DNA from: Dehalococcoidia bacterium | Lineage (GTDB): Bacteria; Chloroflexota; Dehalococcoidia; Lucifugimonadales; UBA3495 | Assembly: GCA_965222025.1 (NCBI GenBank) | Contig: CBDCTI010000010.1 | Span: 250,375 to 314,374, forward strand | DNA length: 64,000 bases | Direction of reading: 5' to 3' | Shown: positions 31,210 through 41,225 of the stretch, piece after piece | Numbering within the stretch: the stretch's first letter is position 1 | Layout of the letters: every line of letters starts with the position of its first letter | The notes under the pieces: model-generated | What the model saw: the letters and a program-made list of their open reading frames with translations, nothing else | Databases searched by the model: none | What the model was told of the DNA's origin: nothing | Position numbers and translations under genes: made by a program

Positions 31210-33708
31210 ATGAGCAGAGCGCTCAACTGGCTGAGCTGGCTTGTGACGGTGCACCCGTGGGTCACGCTTGTCGTCATCGCGATCGTGACACTGGTGTTGG
31301 CCGCCGGGATTACGCAGCGCGCGCCGGTGGCAGAGAACGAGGCCTTCCTCCCTCGGGATAGCGGCGTCGCCAAGGCGTTGGAGGAGATAGAGACCCTATT
31401 CGGGGACTCCGATGTCGTCGTGGTTACGCTCGTCTTCCGTGGTGAAGCGCTCACACCCGATGGACTCGCCCAGATGGACAGCTTGCTCGTCCGCATCGTT
31501 AGCTACCCGGGCGTGGGGGAACTCCTGCCGCCCGCCGATGCAGTCACCGCCCCTACCTTGCTGATGAAACCCCTGCTCCAGGTAGCCGACTTCGATTCGG
31601 TCACGCAGGTGCAGATCGATACGGCGCTCGACCATATTCGGGCCACCCCGGAGTTCCAACCGGCGCGAACAGCGCTCGACATGATGACCGGAACGGACAC
31701 GGATGGCACGCGGATCACGGTCGCCACCGTCCGGCTGCGCGATACCGGCGGCGAGGCAGTTGACGACGCGCAGCTGGCGATCAACAGCCTGGCGGAGACG
31801 GACGAGGGCCCGCTGAGCGTGAGCAGCGTGTCGCTCGCCGTGATTGAGGAGGAGTATCAGGAGGCCACGAGCACCGGCGTGCTGCCGCTGGTGGGGCTGG
31901 CGCTGCTCGTGGTCGCGTTGCTGACGCTGCTCTTCATGCGCACACTCTCCGACCTGCTGCTCACGCTGACGGGGCTCGTACTCGCAGTGATCTGGACCGT
32001 CGGGGCGGAGAGCTGGCTCGGTCCGGGCGCCTTGGATGAGATCGGCCCACCGAACGCGCTCACGGCAATGGTGCCGATCATCCTGATAAGCCTCGCGGTG
32101 GACTACTCGATCCAGGCGGTGTCGCACTACCGGGAGCAACGGATGGCCGGCGAGCCGGTGGCGGTAGCGGTGCTCGCAGGGCTACGGAACGTCATCATCC
32201 CTCTGGCGCTGGCCGCCGCCACCACGGCCGTAAGCTTCCTGGCGAACCTGCTCTCGCCGATCTCGGGGATCGGGGACTTCGGCGTGGTCGCGGCGCTGGG
32301 CGTCGGGTTGAGCTTGACCGTGATGCTGACGCTGATCCCAGCCGCGCGAACGATCATCGACCAGCGTCGCGAGGCCCGCGGAGCGCTTCCTCCGCCCCGT
32401 CTGATCGCAAATGCAATCCCCGGCGTCGACCGGCTAGCGGAAAGGCTGGGGACATCCATCACGCAGAGGCCAGTGGCCTACCTGGTTCTCGTAGTTGCGG
32501 TGACGGTCGGGCTCGGGTTCGCGGCCTCGGGGATCACCACGGACTTCACTATCCGCGACGTCCTGTCCAAGGACGGGAGCTTGACCCAGGACCTGAATTC
32601 GCTCGATGCGGCCGTCGGAGGCTCAACGGAGGTTGTAAGCGTCCTGGTCAGGGCGGAGGTGACGGAGACCCGCGTGCTCCAGAACCTGTTCTCCATGACG
32701 GAGGCGTTTGAGGACGACCTAAGCCGGCCACGGGCTGCGGACGGCGGGATGGAGGCTTCGCTCCCTCTGCTCGTCCTCGACTGGACCACGGACGACGGCA
32801 CGCCAGGTGACAGGTACGACCCCGAGCTAGATCGGTTGTTCGCGGAGGCGACAACGGGACTGCATCTCGATCCGGTGCTGATTCAGAAGTTCCTTGATGC
32901 GCTCGCCGCCACCGATCCCGAAGCCGTGGCGCGGGTTCTGGTCGGGGACACGGGGGGCATCGACACCACGCTGCTCCAGTTCCGGGCCTTCTCAGGCAAT
33001 CGTGAGCGAACCGAGGGGATGGTACAGGACATTGACGGGCTGTGGTTCGGCGACGACAAAGCGATCGCGATGACCTCGCAGGACATCATCGTACTCGCCA
33101 CCTCGGACGAGATAAGGGATCGCCAGACAGAGGTGATCATCACGACGATCGCGGCAGCCCTCGGCATCCTCACGATCTTCTTCTGGATAACGCTGCGCCA
33201 GCCCGCGCTGGGGTTCATCGCGGTAGGACCGATAGTGCTCGTCGTCATCTGGGTACTGGGCACAATGGCGCTTTTGGGCATCCCTTACACAATCGTCACC
33301 TCGATCACCACGGCGCTCTCAATCGGGGTCGGCGTGGACTACACGATCCACGTGATCTATCGCTACCGGGAAGAGTTCGCCAAGCGGCGCAACCCGGAAG
33401 CGGCTGCGATCCGGACGCTCGCCAACACCGGCTCTGCTCTGCTGGGCTCGGCGCTGACGACGGCGCTCGGGTTCGCGGTGCTCACGCTGTCGCCGCTGCA
33501 GTCATTGGAGCAGTTCGGAATCACGGCGGCGATCACGATCGCGTACGCGCTGATCGTCTCCATCCTGGTGGTGCCGCCCGCCATGATTGTCTGGGCCGCC
33601 TACCAGAACATGCGGATGCGCTCGATGGTGGAGCGCATGTGGAATGAGCTTGACGTCGCCATCGAGGACACACACCGGCGCCATGAGCAGGACCAAGACT
33701 CGTCGTAG
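31210..33708 (+). CDS. MMPL/RND-superfamily membrane transporter
   Basis: 832 aa with two hydrophobic 6-TM bundles. Each is followed by the MMPL-type motif (SLAVDYSIQAVSHYREQ and GVGVDYTIHVIYRYREEF), with large extracytoplasmic loops. Confidence 0.8.
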   Translation: MSRALNWLSWLVTVHPWVTLVVIAIVTLVLAAGITQRAPVAENEAFLPRDSGVAKALEEIETLFGDSDVVVVTLVFRGEALTPDGLAQMDSLLVRIVSYPGVGELLPPADAVTAPTLLMKPLLQVADFDSVTQVQIDTALDHIRATPEFQPARTALDMMTGTDTDGTRITVATVRLRDTGGEAVDDAQLAINSLAETDEGPLSVSSVSLAVIEEEYQEATSTGVLPLVGLALLVVALLTLLFMRTLSDLLLTLTGLVLAVIWTVGAESWLGPGALDEIGPPNALTAMVPIILISLAVDYSIQAVSHYREQRMAGEPVAVAVLAGLRNVIIPLALAAATTAVSFLANLLSPISGIGDFGVVAALGVGLSLTVMLTLIPAARTIIDQRREARGALPPPRLIANAIPGVDRLAERLGTSITQRPVAYLVLVVAVTVGLGFAASGITTDFTIRDVLSKDGSLTQDLNSLDAAVGGSTEVVSVLVRAEVTETRVLQNLFSMTEAFEDDLSRPRAADGGMEASLPLLVLDWTTDDGTPGDRYDPELDRLFAEATTGLHLDPVLIQKFLDALAATDPEAVARVLVGDTGGIDTTLLQFRAFSGNRERTEGMVQDIDGLWFGDDKAIAMTSQDIIVLATSDEIRDRQTEVIITTIAAALGILTIFFWITLRQPALGFIAVGPIVLVVIWVLGTMALLGIPYTIVTSITTALSIGVGVDYTIHVIYRYREEFAKRRNPEAAAIRTLANTGSALLGSALTTALGFAVLTLSPLQSLEQFGITAAITIAYALIVSILVVPPAMIVWAAYQNMRMRSMVERMWNELDVAIEDTHRRHEQDQDSS

Positions 33709-33822
33709 GACGGGACCCGAGGGCGGGTCGCCAGAGGTCCGCGACCTCGGTCGTGTGGCCTGCGGCGCAGATATGCGAACAACCCGAGACACCCTACAGG
33801 TAGCTGTTGAGGGAAGACCGGG

Positions 33823-34524
33823 ATGACGACGCCGAAACAAATCAGGGTGATGCTGGCGGATGACCATCCCATCATGAGGGACGACCTGCGGAACGCCCTG
33901 CAGGATGAGGGGGACTTTGAGGTTGTCGGACTGGCGCGAGACGGGGTTGAGGCGGTGAGGATGGTACAGAGCCTTGCGCCCGAAGTCATCGTCATGGACG
34001 TGATGATGCCGCACAAGGGCGGAGTGGACGCCTGCCGGGAGATCATGCAACTGCGGACGGACACGCGGGTGCTGATGCTGACGGCCTCCACCACAGAGGA
34101 TGCGGTCATCGAGGCAATCACCGCCGGAGCGACGGGCTACCTGCAGAAGGACTCGGGGCCTGAGGAGCTGGCGGAGGCGATCCGGGATGTGGCCCAGGGC
34201 CTTCTGCGCATTCCGGACAGGTCCATCAGGCGGGTCCTCGCCATGGTCCGCAGCCAGCGGGGGCTCACCGCCAACCGGGCCTTGGACGGGATGACCGCGG
34301 TAGAGGAGGAAATCCTGACGATGTTTGCCAGCGGCAGGTCATACGCCCAGATCGCCGAGCCCAGCGGGACCAAGACCGTGGACGTCAGGAACGCTGTCTA
34401 CTGCATTCAGGACAAAGTGGGAGTCCATTCGAAACAGGAGCTCGTGGCCTGGGCCGGGCGGAACGGACTGCTGAATGAGGTGGCAGCGGGCGATGGCCCA
34501 CCACCACCGCCGCGGGGCCAGTGA
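33823..34524 (+). CDS. response regulator, NarL/LuxR family
   Basis: REC domain (VMLADDHPIMRD...VIVMDVMMP...MLTAS) plus a C-terminal LuxR HTH (LTAVEEEILTMFASGRSYAQIA). No histidine kinase is adjacent. Confidence 0.85.
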   Translation: MTTPKQIRVMLADDHPIMRDDLRNALQDEGDFEVVGLARDGVEAVRMVQSLAPEVIVMDVMMPHKGGVDACREIMQLRTDTRVLMLTASTTEDAVIEAITAGATGYLQKDSGPEELAEAIRDVAQGLLRIPDRSIRRVLAMVRSQRGLTANRALDGMTAVEEEILTMFASGRSYAQIAEPSGTKTVDVRNAVYCIQDKVGVHSKQELVAWAGRNGLLNEVAAGDGPPPPPRGQ

Positions 34525-34784
34525 CCCGCGACCAACCGCTTACAGGCCGGGCTGCTGGATTTAGCTGAGCGAGCCGACGTTGTTTGGTGGGGCGCTGAAT
34601 TGAGCGAATGGATGCTCCCGTGGTGGAGAGGGCTCAAGCCACAGTCCAGCGGACGGGAGGTAGTTGTGCCTCAAAAGTAACGTTGCTCCCCCTGCTCGCC
34701 AACGGCTGGCAGACGGGTCCGTTCTGTCCCCTGGGTTACGTCCGGCGGTCAGAAGACCGGTTTTGCGAAGCACAAAATCGGTGT

Positions 34785-35135
34785 CTAAGGGACCTCTTGA
34801 ACATCATGTACCCTGCTGCCCGGACCGCTCTCGATGATCCGCCGCACGGTCCAGGGTAGCCAGTCAGATTCGTCGTCGCCAGATGAGTCATAGAGCACGC
34901 CATCATCAGCAACAGACAGTAACTCCAGTGCCCTGCACAGAAGTTCGACGCAGGCCCTGTAGTCTTCATACCGCACCGACTGGCTCCAGTCTTGCGGGCA
35001 CAGAGGACATTCCTCAGGCACGTTCAGTATGGATCGTTTCATAGAATAAGCAATTTCGCCCTTGCAATTCGTACACCGGAGGAGCACCCTCAGGACATCT
35101 CCAAGTACGAAGCTTGTAAGACGTTCTTTTGCCAT
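34785..35135 (-). CDS. hypothetical protein with CxxC...CxxC zinc-ribbon-like motif
   Basis: 116 aa from the internal ATG at 35135 (MAKERLTSF...CTNCKGE...CPLCPQDW). It lies in a locally lower-GC patch. No family was recognised. Confidence 0.35.
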   Translation of the reverse strand: MAKERLTSFVLGDVLRVLLRCTNCKGEIAYSMKRSILNVPEECPLCPQDWSQSVRYEDYRACVELLCRALELLSVADDGVLYDSSGDDESDWLPWTVRRIIESGPGSRVHDVQEVP

Positions 35136-35469
35136 CTTTCTATTCCATAACGGGCCAGAACGGGCATTGTGCGAACCGCAATTTCGCACTATAAGTGGTA
35201 CTCTTAACCGAGACTTTCCTGCCCCATCCGGGCAACCCCCTGGAGGCCCCCCGACTTACCCCACCGGGGGGCCGCTCTTTGCCCATCTGCAGCCCCGGTC
35301 GGGCGTGGCGAAGGATTTCCCATGGGGGGTGGCCCCCTAAGGTCGGCTCTGGAATTTCAGGGGTCTTACATCGCTTCCTCGAAGGACGGATGTCCTGGAA
35401 TTTCCGCCGACCGGCCCCTTTCAGCCCGATTTCCCGGTGATCGCCGCCCCAGCGTCCCGATGGATCGGC

Positions 35470-35832
35470 GTTGCGGAGGAAGCTCCACTCTCGTTTGGTC
35501 CGCCATCGAACGGTGAGACGACGGCACCGGCCGACTGCTCATCGAGCGGAGCAAGACCGGTCAGACCGGCGAGGTGGTGTTCATCACCCGCAGGGCCATG
35601 AACGCCTTGGATGAGCTCCGACATCTCCGCGGAGATGCCAGTCCGTCCGTCTTCGTGATGACGGCCAAGACGATCAACCGCCGGGTCAAGGCGGCGGCGC
35701 AGGCGGCGTGCTTGGGCGAGGGGTTGCTCCGGCCATAGCGGCCGGGTGGCGATGGCCCGGCGGTTGGACCGGGCCGACGCTCCGGATTCGGCGATCATGA
35801 GGCAGGGCGCCGGCCTCCGGTGGTTGGAATGA
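35470..35832 (+). pseudogene. tyrosine recombinase (phage-type integrase) C-terminal fragment, frameshifted with in-frame stop
   Basis: Reading across frames gives L.WSAIE.*DDGTGRLLIERSKTGQTGEVVFITRRAMNALDEL...AGLGEG(frameshift)GHSGRVGMARRL...AIMRQG. This matches the integrase box II region. No intact ORF remains. Confidence 0.55.
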
Positions 35833-35857
35833 AGGTTTTGTAGGTCGTCCAGCCGCT

Positions 35858-36124
35858 TCAGATTGGGTCGTCATGGTCCTCCAGGGCCCAGGCTTCCACC
35901 AGCTCGAACAGTGCCGGCGAGCTCCTGGCTATGAGCGTCATCACCTTCTGGAGGCAGGCCCGCTTCACCTGGCAGGGCAGGCAGGCGCAGCCCTTGGCAT
36001 GGGGAGGGCCATCGAGGCTGGCGACCACCTCGAAAAACGCCTTCTCCTTGCCGGCGGCATATCCCTCGTCGTAGCAGGCGCAGGGCTCGGGGCAATCGCA
36101 GATGGGACGTTCTGTGGCGGTCAC
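35858..36124 (-). CDS. small Cys-rich hypothetical protein
   Basis: 88 aa with a GTG start 6 nt after a perfect AGGAGG. 9 Cys residues (CDCPEPCAC..., CACLPC). No family was recognised. Confidence 0.5.
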   Translation of the reverse strand: MTATERPICDCPEPCACYDEGYAAGKEKAFFEVVASLDGPPHAKGCACLPCQVKRACLQKVMTLIARSSPALFELVEAWALEDHDDPI

Positions 36125-36249
36125 TTAGACCTCCTGAAACTTCTCTTTCAGGACGCCCAGAAACTATCGTGGCATGCACGATACTCATATTAATCGCGCA
36201 TAACAAGATCAACGTAAGAGACTGGTTCCTTCGGCAGAAATCCGCACTC

Positions 36250-37230
36250 CATCTGAAGGCGGGCCGCTGCCTTCTAGTGAGGGCGGTTCCCAAGCCCTGG
36301 TGTTCGAGCAGCCCAGAGGTTCCCCCACCCTCGGCTAGGCGCAGCAGGCGGAGTTGAGGGCGGGGGTGCAAGATTTGCCGGCGGCAGCCGGCATCGGTCT
36401 GGTCAGCTGGAACTGGATAGGGCTGCATCAGTTCGTCCGGGAGCGCTTCGGCGTCAGCCTGAGCCGCAGCGGTTGCCTGAACTATCTATACCGGCTGGGG
36501 TTCGTCCTGGAGGGTCCCAAGAAGCGTCTGCTCAAGGCTGACAGGAGGAAGCGGGAGTGCTTCGCGGTGGAGTGCGCCGCCCTGACAGCGGAGGCTCGGC
36601 TCTCAGGGAACAAGATATTCTTCGCCGATGAGGCCTCCTTCCGGGCGGATGCTGAGCTTCGGGCAAGATAGGTGCTGAGAAAAGAGTCGGCGTTGGTGGA
36701 CTCCAGCAGTCGGCGTTGGGGAAAGAAGGCCAGCAACTATTCGGCGGTGTGCCTGGAGACCGGCGAGGTGGAATGGATGGAACTGGAGGGGAACAGCAAC
36801 GGAGAAAGCTCCGTGGCTTTCTTGGAACGGTTGCGTGAGAGGCACGGCGGGCGGCCGGGCGTGATCTGGGACAACGCGCCGGCGCCCCCTCGGAGGTTCA
36901 GGGGGGGGTCCGGTGATGCGGTCATACTTGGAGACCCCTGGCCTGAACCTGAGGCTGGTGAATCTGTCTGGCTACAGCCCGGACTTCAACGCTGATGAGG
37001 CGGTCTGGGGCTGGGAAAGGCAAGAGGCCACTGGGAACCAGTGCCTGGGAACCAAAGCCTTGGTGCAGCAGAGACTCACCCACTTCCTCGCCGGGCTGGC
37101 CAGCCGGAAAGACGAGGTGAAACGCCGCTGCCGGACGGTCCTGCAATCCAAGGCCGAAGCACGCCTGCGAGACTTTCAGCCGGATTCCGGGCACTCGGCA
37201 AATGCACATCCCACCTTGGCTTTAGTTTAG
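36250..37230 (+). mobile_element. IS630-like subtype 2, copy 3 (5'-truncated, decayed)
   Basis: Right IR ...CCCACCTTGGCTTTAGTTTAG ends at 37230. Transposase homology sits in 36354-36671, 36672-36995 and 36913-37230. The left IR and HTH start are missing. Confidence 0.75.
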
Positions 37231-37302
37231 TCGGCGGGTTTCTTCATGAGACAGCCGCCCGAGGATGTCAGTTAGCTAACCCGTTTTCTTGACCGAGAGC
37301 TG

Positions 37303-37665
37303 TCACTGCCCCCAGGGTTTTAGTCCGTGCTTGCGGGTCAGGGATTCCAGGTCCAGTGTCTGACTGCCGGATTGCGGCGCCGGGTTGGTTTTCCCAATCT
37401 GGTCCCAGGCTACGTCCACTTCCACGCTGGCAACGTCTTCAAGCTCCGACAGGCTTTCCTTCACTGATGTTACAAGGCGTGTCATGCCAAAAATGCAGCA
37501 GGGCAGGACCTTCACCGAGACCGCGCCCTCGCCCTCCACCTTTACATTGTGGACCAAACCCAACTGGCCGACGCCGAATCTGGCGTCACAGCAACCAACG
37601 CTTTGTAGCGCCTCCCTCACTCTATCTTCCAGCGGTTCGTCCGGTTGTTCTACTGGAAAGCTCAT
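37303..37665 (-). CDS. DUF59-like (metal-sulfur cluster assembly factor family) small protein
   Basis: 120 aa from the internal ATG at 37665, preceded by GGAGAGG. The pattern VREALQSV...LGLVHNVKVEGEGAVSVKV...SLSELEDVASVEVDVAWD resembles DUF59. The usual DPE motif is replaced. Confidence 0.45.
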   Translation of the reverse strand: MSFPVEQPDEPLEDRVREALQSVGCCDARFGVGQLGLVHNVKVEGEGAVSVKVLPCCIFGMTRLVTSVKESLSELEDVASVEVDVAWDQIGKTNPAPQSGSQTLDLESLTRKHGLKPWGQ

Positions 37666-37702
37666 TCCTCTCCTGTGCTGCCCGGCGACGGTGGCCCCTT
37701 TG

Positions 37703-38755
37703 TTAGCTGGAAGACCAAGCTGTTGCGAGGCCGTTGGCCCGGCGCTGGGCGAACTCGTCATGGGCGATTTCAGCCTTCTTGGCTTCGATGTCTATGCCGT
37801 GCAGCTTGGCGAGATTCTCGCCCAGAATCTTCCGCTTGATCTCCGGAGTGAGTTGGGGATAGCCGTATCCGTCGGTCAGGTCCTGGGGCATCTGGAACTC
37901 CGAGAAAGCCTTGAGCGCCCATTGCGGGTGCCACAAAGGGACCTCCGAGCCGGATATGATTCTGTCCGGGCCGCCCCAGAACAACAGCTTGCCCAAGACT
38001 TCGGCGAACCACCGGGGGGCCTTGCCGATGAAGTTCAGCGTTGCCGCCAGCGACACATATATATTCGGAAACCGGACTATTTGCCAGCATATCTCTTCGA
38101 TGAACGGCAGGCCGGGATGGAAGATGATGAAGTTGAGGTCCGGGAAGTTCGCCGCGGCCTGGTCGATGTCGTACACCTGTGTGCCCTCGAGGGGCTGCGG
38201 CCCCAGAGGCACTCCCTTGTGCACGGCTATCAGGTTGATGCCCAGTTCCCTTGCCTTCTCGTACACCGGGAAGGCTACCCTCGGGTCATCCATCCTCCAG
38301 GGAAACGGCTCACCGAAGTCATAGCGGATGTTGTAGAACTTGAACGCCTTGACTCCATGCTCCTTAACCTGAAGCTCCATCAAGTCCAGAGCCTTATTTC
38401 CTTCCAAGGGATTCACTGTACCCCAAGTAACCACCCTGGAGGGATATTGCTTCGCCATGGCGGCACAACGCTGCCAGTCTGAAAGCCCGTCGTAGAAGAA
38501 ATCAGTCAAAGGCAGCGGCTGCGCCACCAAGATGTCCGTGTCAGTCTCGGTGAACACCAGGTTGGCGATGGTCTCGATGTCCCAATCCCGGAGGAATTCG
38601 TCCTGGGTCAATACCCTCTCGCCTTCAGGAGTGAGAGCCGCGTGAAAACCGTAGAGGTGGTTATTGAAAAGCGAACCTCCCGGAGCTCTGACATTGGCGC
38701 TGTTCATGTTATAGAGATGAGTAACTGCGTCGAATACGAAAGCATCACCAATCAT
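37703..38755 (-). CDS. amidohydrolase-2 family metal-dependent hydrolase
   Basis: 350 aa. N-terminal FDAVTHLYN, plus VKAFKFY, IAVHKG, IIFHPGLPF and a C-terminal ILGENLAKLHGID typical of the ACMSD/amidohydrolase_2 family. Confidence 0.7.
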   Translation of the reverse strand: MIGDAFVFDAVTHLYNMNSANVRAPGGSLFNNHLYGFHAALTPEGERVLTQDEFLRDWDIETIANLVFTETDTDILVAQPLPLTDFFYDGLSDWQRCAAMAKQYPSRVVTWGTVNPLEGNKALDLMELQVKEHGVKAFKFYNIRYDFGEPFPWRMDDPRVAFPVYEKARELGINLIAVHKGVPLGPQPLEGTQVYDIDQAAANFPDLNFIIFHPGLPFIEEICWQIVRFPNIYVSLAATLNFIGKAPRWFAEVLGKLLFWGGPDRIISGSEVPLWHPQWALKAFSEFQMPQDLTDGYGYPQLTPEIKRKILGENLAKLHGIDIEAKKAEIAHDEFAQRRANGLATAWSSS

Positions 38756-38848
38756 CGCACTATCTCTCTTTCCCGTGAATTCGGTTTCGTCGGTTACGGT
38801 GTTTCATAAGCAGACGCAGCCCCTGCCCTGGGGGCCGTCACACGTTAC

Positions 38849-38882
38849 CTATTTATCCCTGAATTCTATTTATCCCTGAATT
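38849..38882. repeat. perfect 2 x 17-bp tandem direct repeat (CTATTTATCCCTGAATT)
   Basis: Read directly from the sequence. It lies about 95-130 bp upstream of the amidohydrolase start, in an AT-rich intergenic region next to the IS1380 copy C end. Confidence 0.9.
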
Positions 38883-39006
38883 ATTGACGGGAGTGAGAAT
38901 CCCAACAATGAGGGGTAATTTGTATCTAATACATCTGCCAAAAGGCTTTTTTGAAGGGATTTACATATCAGAGATCAGTATATCACTTCCTATTCGACAA
39001 CAAACC

Positions 39007-40695
39007 TTAGCCCGAATCCACCGAGGGACGGCCGTGGTGTTGGAACAAGGGGTGAGGGATTTACAGGGGAGATGGCCTGGGCTCCATTGGGGTAGAGGGA
39101 GATCGGCGAACGGTCTTCAGCCCCTATGGCCGTCTGCGGGAGCTGCGATGGGTAGGAGGCGAGAGAATACGCAGGAGGGTACTCCCGCGGGCCGGGCTGG
39201 CGCGAGTTGGCGGGGACGTTGGGTCAGTTGCAGGCTGGCCGTCAGGCCGGGAGTGGAATGGCTCGCAGCCGGGCCAGGGCGCGGCTGAACTGGGTTTCCC
39301 AAGGCCAGCCCTGTGGCAGATGCAGGGTAAGGCGGCCCGCCGAGCGGGTGAGCCGTCCCGCCAGAGCGAAGAACCGCCGCCGGAGGGTCTTGGTGGTAAC
39401 CACCTGCTCACCCAGACCGATCCGCGCTGTCCAGCGAGCGAGGTTGTGGGCCAGCACCTGGACGGCAAGCCACGCAGCATTGCCGGCCAAGCGCCCCGAG
39501 GGGAGATGGTTCAGGCCGACGCCGTACTTGAGGTCTCGGATGGCATTCTCGACCTCGGCGTGGCGGCGATGGTCGGCCTCCAGTTCCAGGGTCTCCCCGT
39601 CCCGGTCGGTGATGAAGTCGTGGTAGCTGTAGCTGGCGAAGAGGGCCAGTTGAGAACCGGGCGTAGGCTTCACCCGCCGGACAATGAGCCGCACCGGCGC
39701 GGCGTCCTGCTTGGTCTGGAAGGGGGTGTAGGTCGTCTCGGCGACATCGGCTGCACCGTCCATACAGTAGGGGATGGCGTCCAGGCATCTTCAGGTATGG
39801 CCTCGATGAGATTCCGCAGGCTTTTGTGTTGGCGGATGGTGATGGAGAAGCGCAGGTCCATCTTGTGGCAGATGGATACCACGCTATGAGTGTAGAAGCC
39901 GCTGTCGGCCCGCACTGTGAGTTGCCCCTGGGCCCCGGCGTACCGTACCCGCCCCACCGTCTCCCGCAGGAAGTGGGCGGCACCTCGGGCGGTGTTGGCG
40001 CGGCTCTCGCGCAGCCGGGACATCAGCACGTCGCCGGTGCCGGCGGCGATAGCCAGCAGCGGGTGATAGCCACGGGCGCCGGTACAGCCGTGGTGTCGCG
40101 CTCCCTCCTGGGCCAGTCCATAGGTTTCGCAGATGGTGGAGTCGAGGTCGATGGTGAACGGCCCGTCGCCGGGTCCCGCCCCAGCGGTCCAGGCCCGTGC
40201 CAGCAGCTCCCGGCTCACCCGATCCAGCTGGCGCACATGGCCCCATCGGAAGCTGCGCAGGAAGGTGCCCAGGGTGGATGGAGCCTTGACCACGCAGCCG
40301 AGAATACCGGCCGTTCCACCGGCACGCGGCGCATCGGCGTCGTCGATGCAGTCGCCGCCAGCCAGCGCGGAGGCGACCATGATCATTATCTTGTCGCCGG
40401 TATTGGCCCGCCCCGCCCCGCCGCGCTACCGAGATCGAGGTGATGGTCAATGAGTTCCCCCAGGCCGAGGTGCAAGGCCAAGGTGGCCGGAAGGAGCAGT
40501 CCCGCGTTGGCCACCAAGCGGTGGCCGTCGAAGGCGATTTGGATGCGGTCGAGGTGGTTGCGTGACAGCATCAATCGAGTGCTCCTTTTCTGGGACTGTT
40601 TTGCTGTTACAAAACCATTATCCCAGATTCAGAGGAGCACCTTCTTGTTTCTTCAGAGGCCTCTCACACGCACCCCTTCGGTGGATTCGGGCTAA
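39007..40695 (-). mobile_element. IS1380-family element, copy C (decayed, opposite orientation)
   Basis: IRs TTAGCCCGAATCCACCGA / TCGGTGGATTCGGGCTAA. The transposase is split into three minus-strand ORFs (40386-40574, 39670-40386, 39242-39763), about 90% similar to copies A/B. Confidence 0.85.
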
Positions 40696-40823
40696 AAACA
40701 CCCTCATCATGGAGGTCGCCCTATGAGTCGTTTAAATCGAATTAACAGACAAACAGGCCCCCGGGCACTTGAGTGTCAGCTAATCGCAGGCAGCCGGCGG
40801 ACCCACTGCACAAGGAGAAGTCC

Positions 40824-41090
40824 ATGACCACGATGGGGAACGATGGCCCAGAAGAAGTCAACCTCAACGAAATGCTGGCCCGGGGCGGAAGGGAGGCGGC
40901 CGTGGCATTCCACCTGCTCAGTATCGAATACCACGCCAGCATCATCGAGACAAGCGGCGACGCGGAGGACCTGGAAATGCTGAGCGACATGCTGGTCCAG
41001 CACCTGATGGGCGTTCGTGCGCTGCTCGCAGAGGCGGCAGGGAACCTTGACGTCGTCTCCCCCAAGCTCATTGTCCCCGGCAGGCCGTGA
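40824..41090 (+). CDS. hypothetical small helical protein
   Basis: 88 aa from the ATG at 40824 after AAGGAG. It is trapped between IS1380 copies C and B. No family was recognised. Confidence 0.35.
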   Translation: MTTMGNDGPEEVNLNEMLARGGREAAVAFHLLSIEYHASIIETSGDAEDLEMLSDMLVQHLMGVRALLAEAAGNLDVVSPKLIVPGRP

Positions 41091-41225
41091 CCCAGACAAG
41101 CCAGGACAGCCGAGGAATGCGGTGAGTAACAACAGCCGGGTCTGGAACGAGCTCGCGGCCCTCAGCTCGTGCTGACGATCTAACAGGCCAAATCCAAAGG
41201 CAGTAGCACTGTCATTAGAATGACT

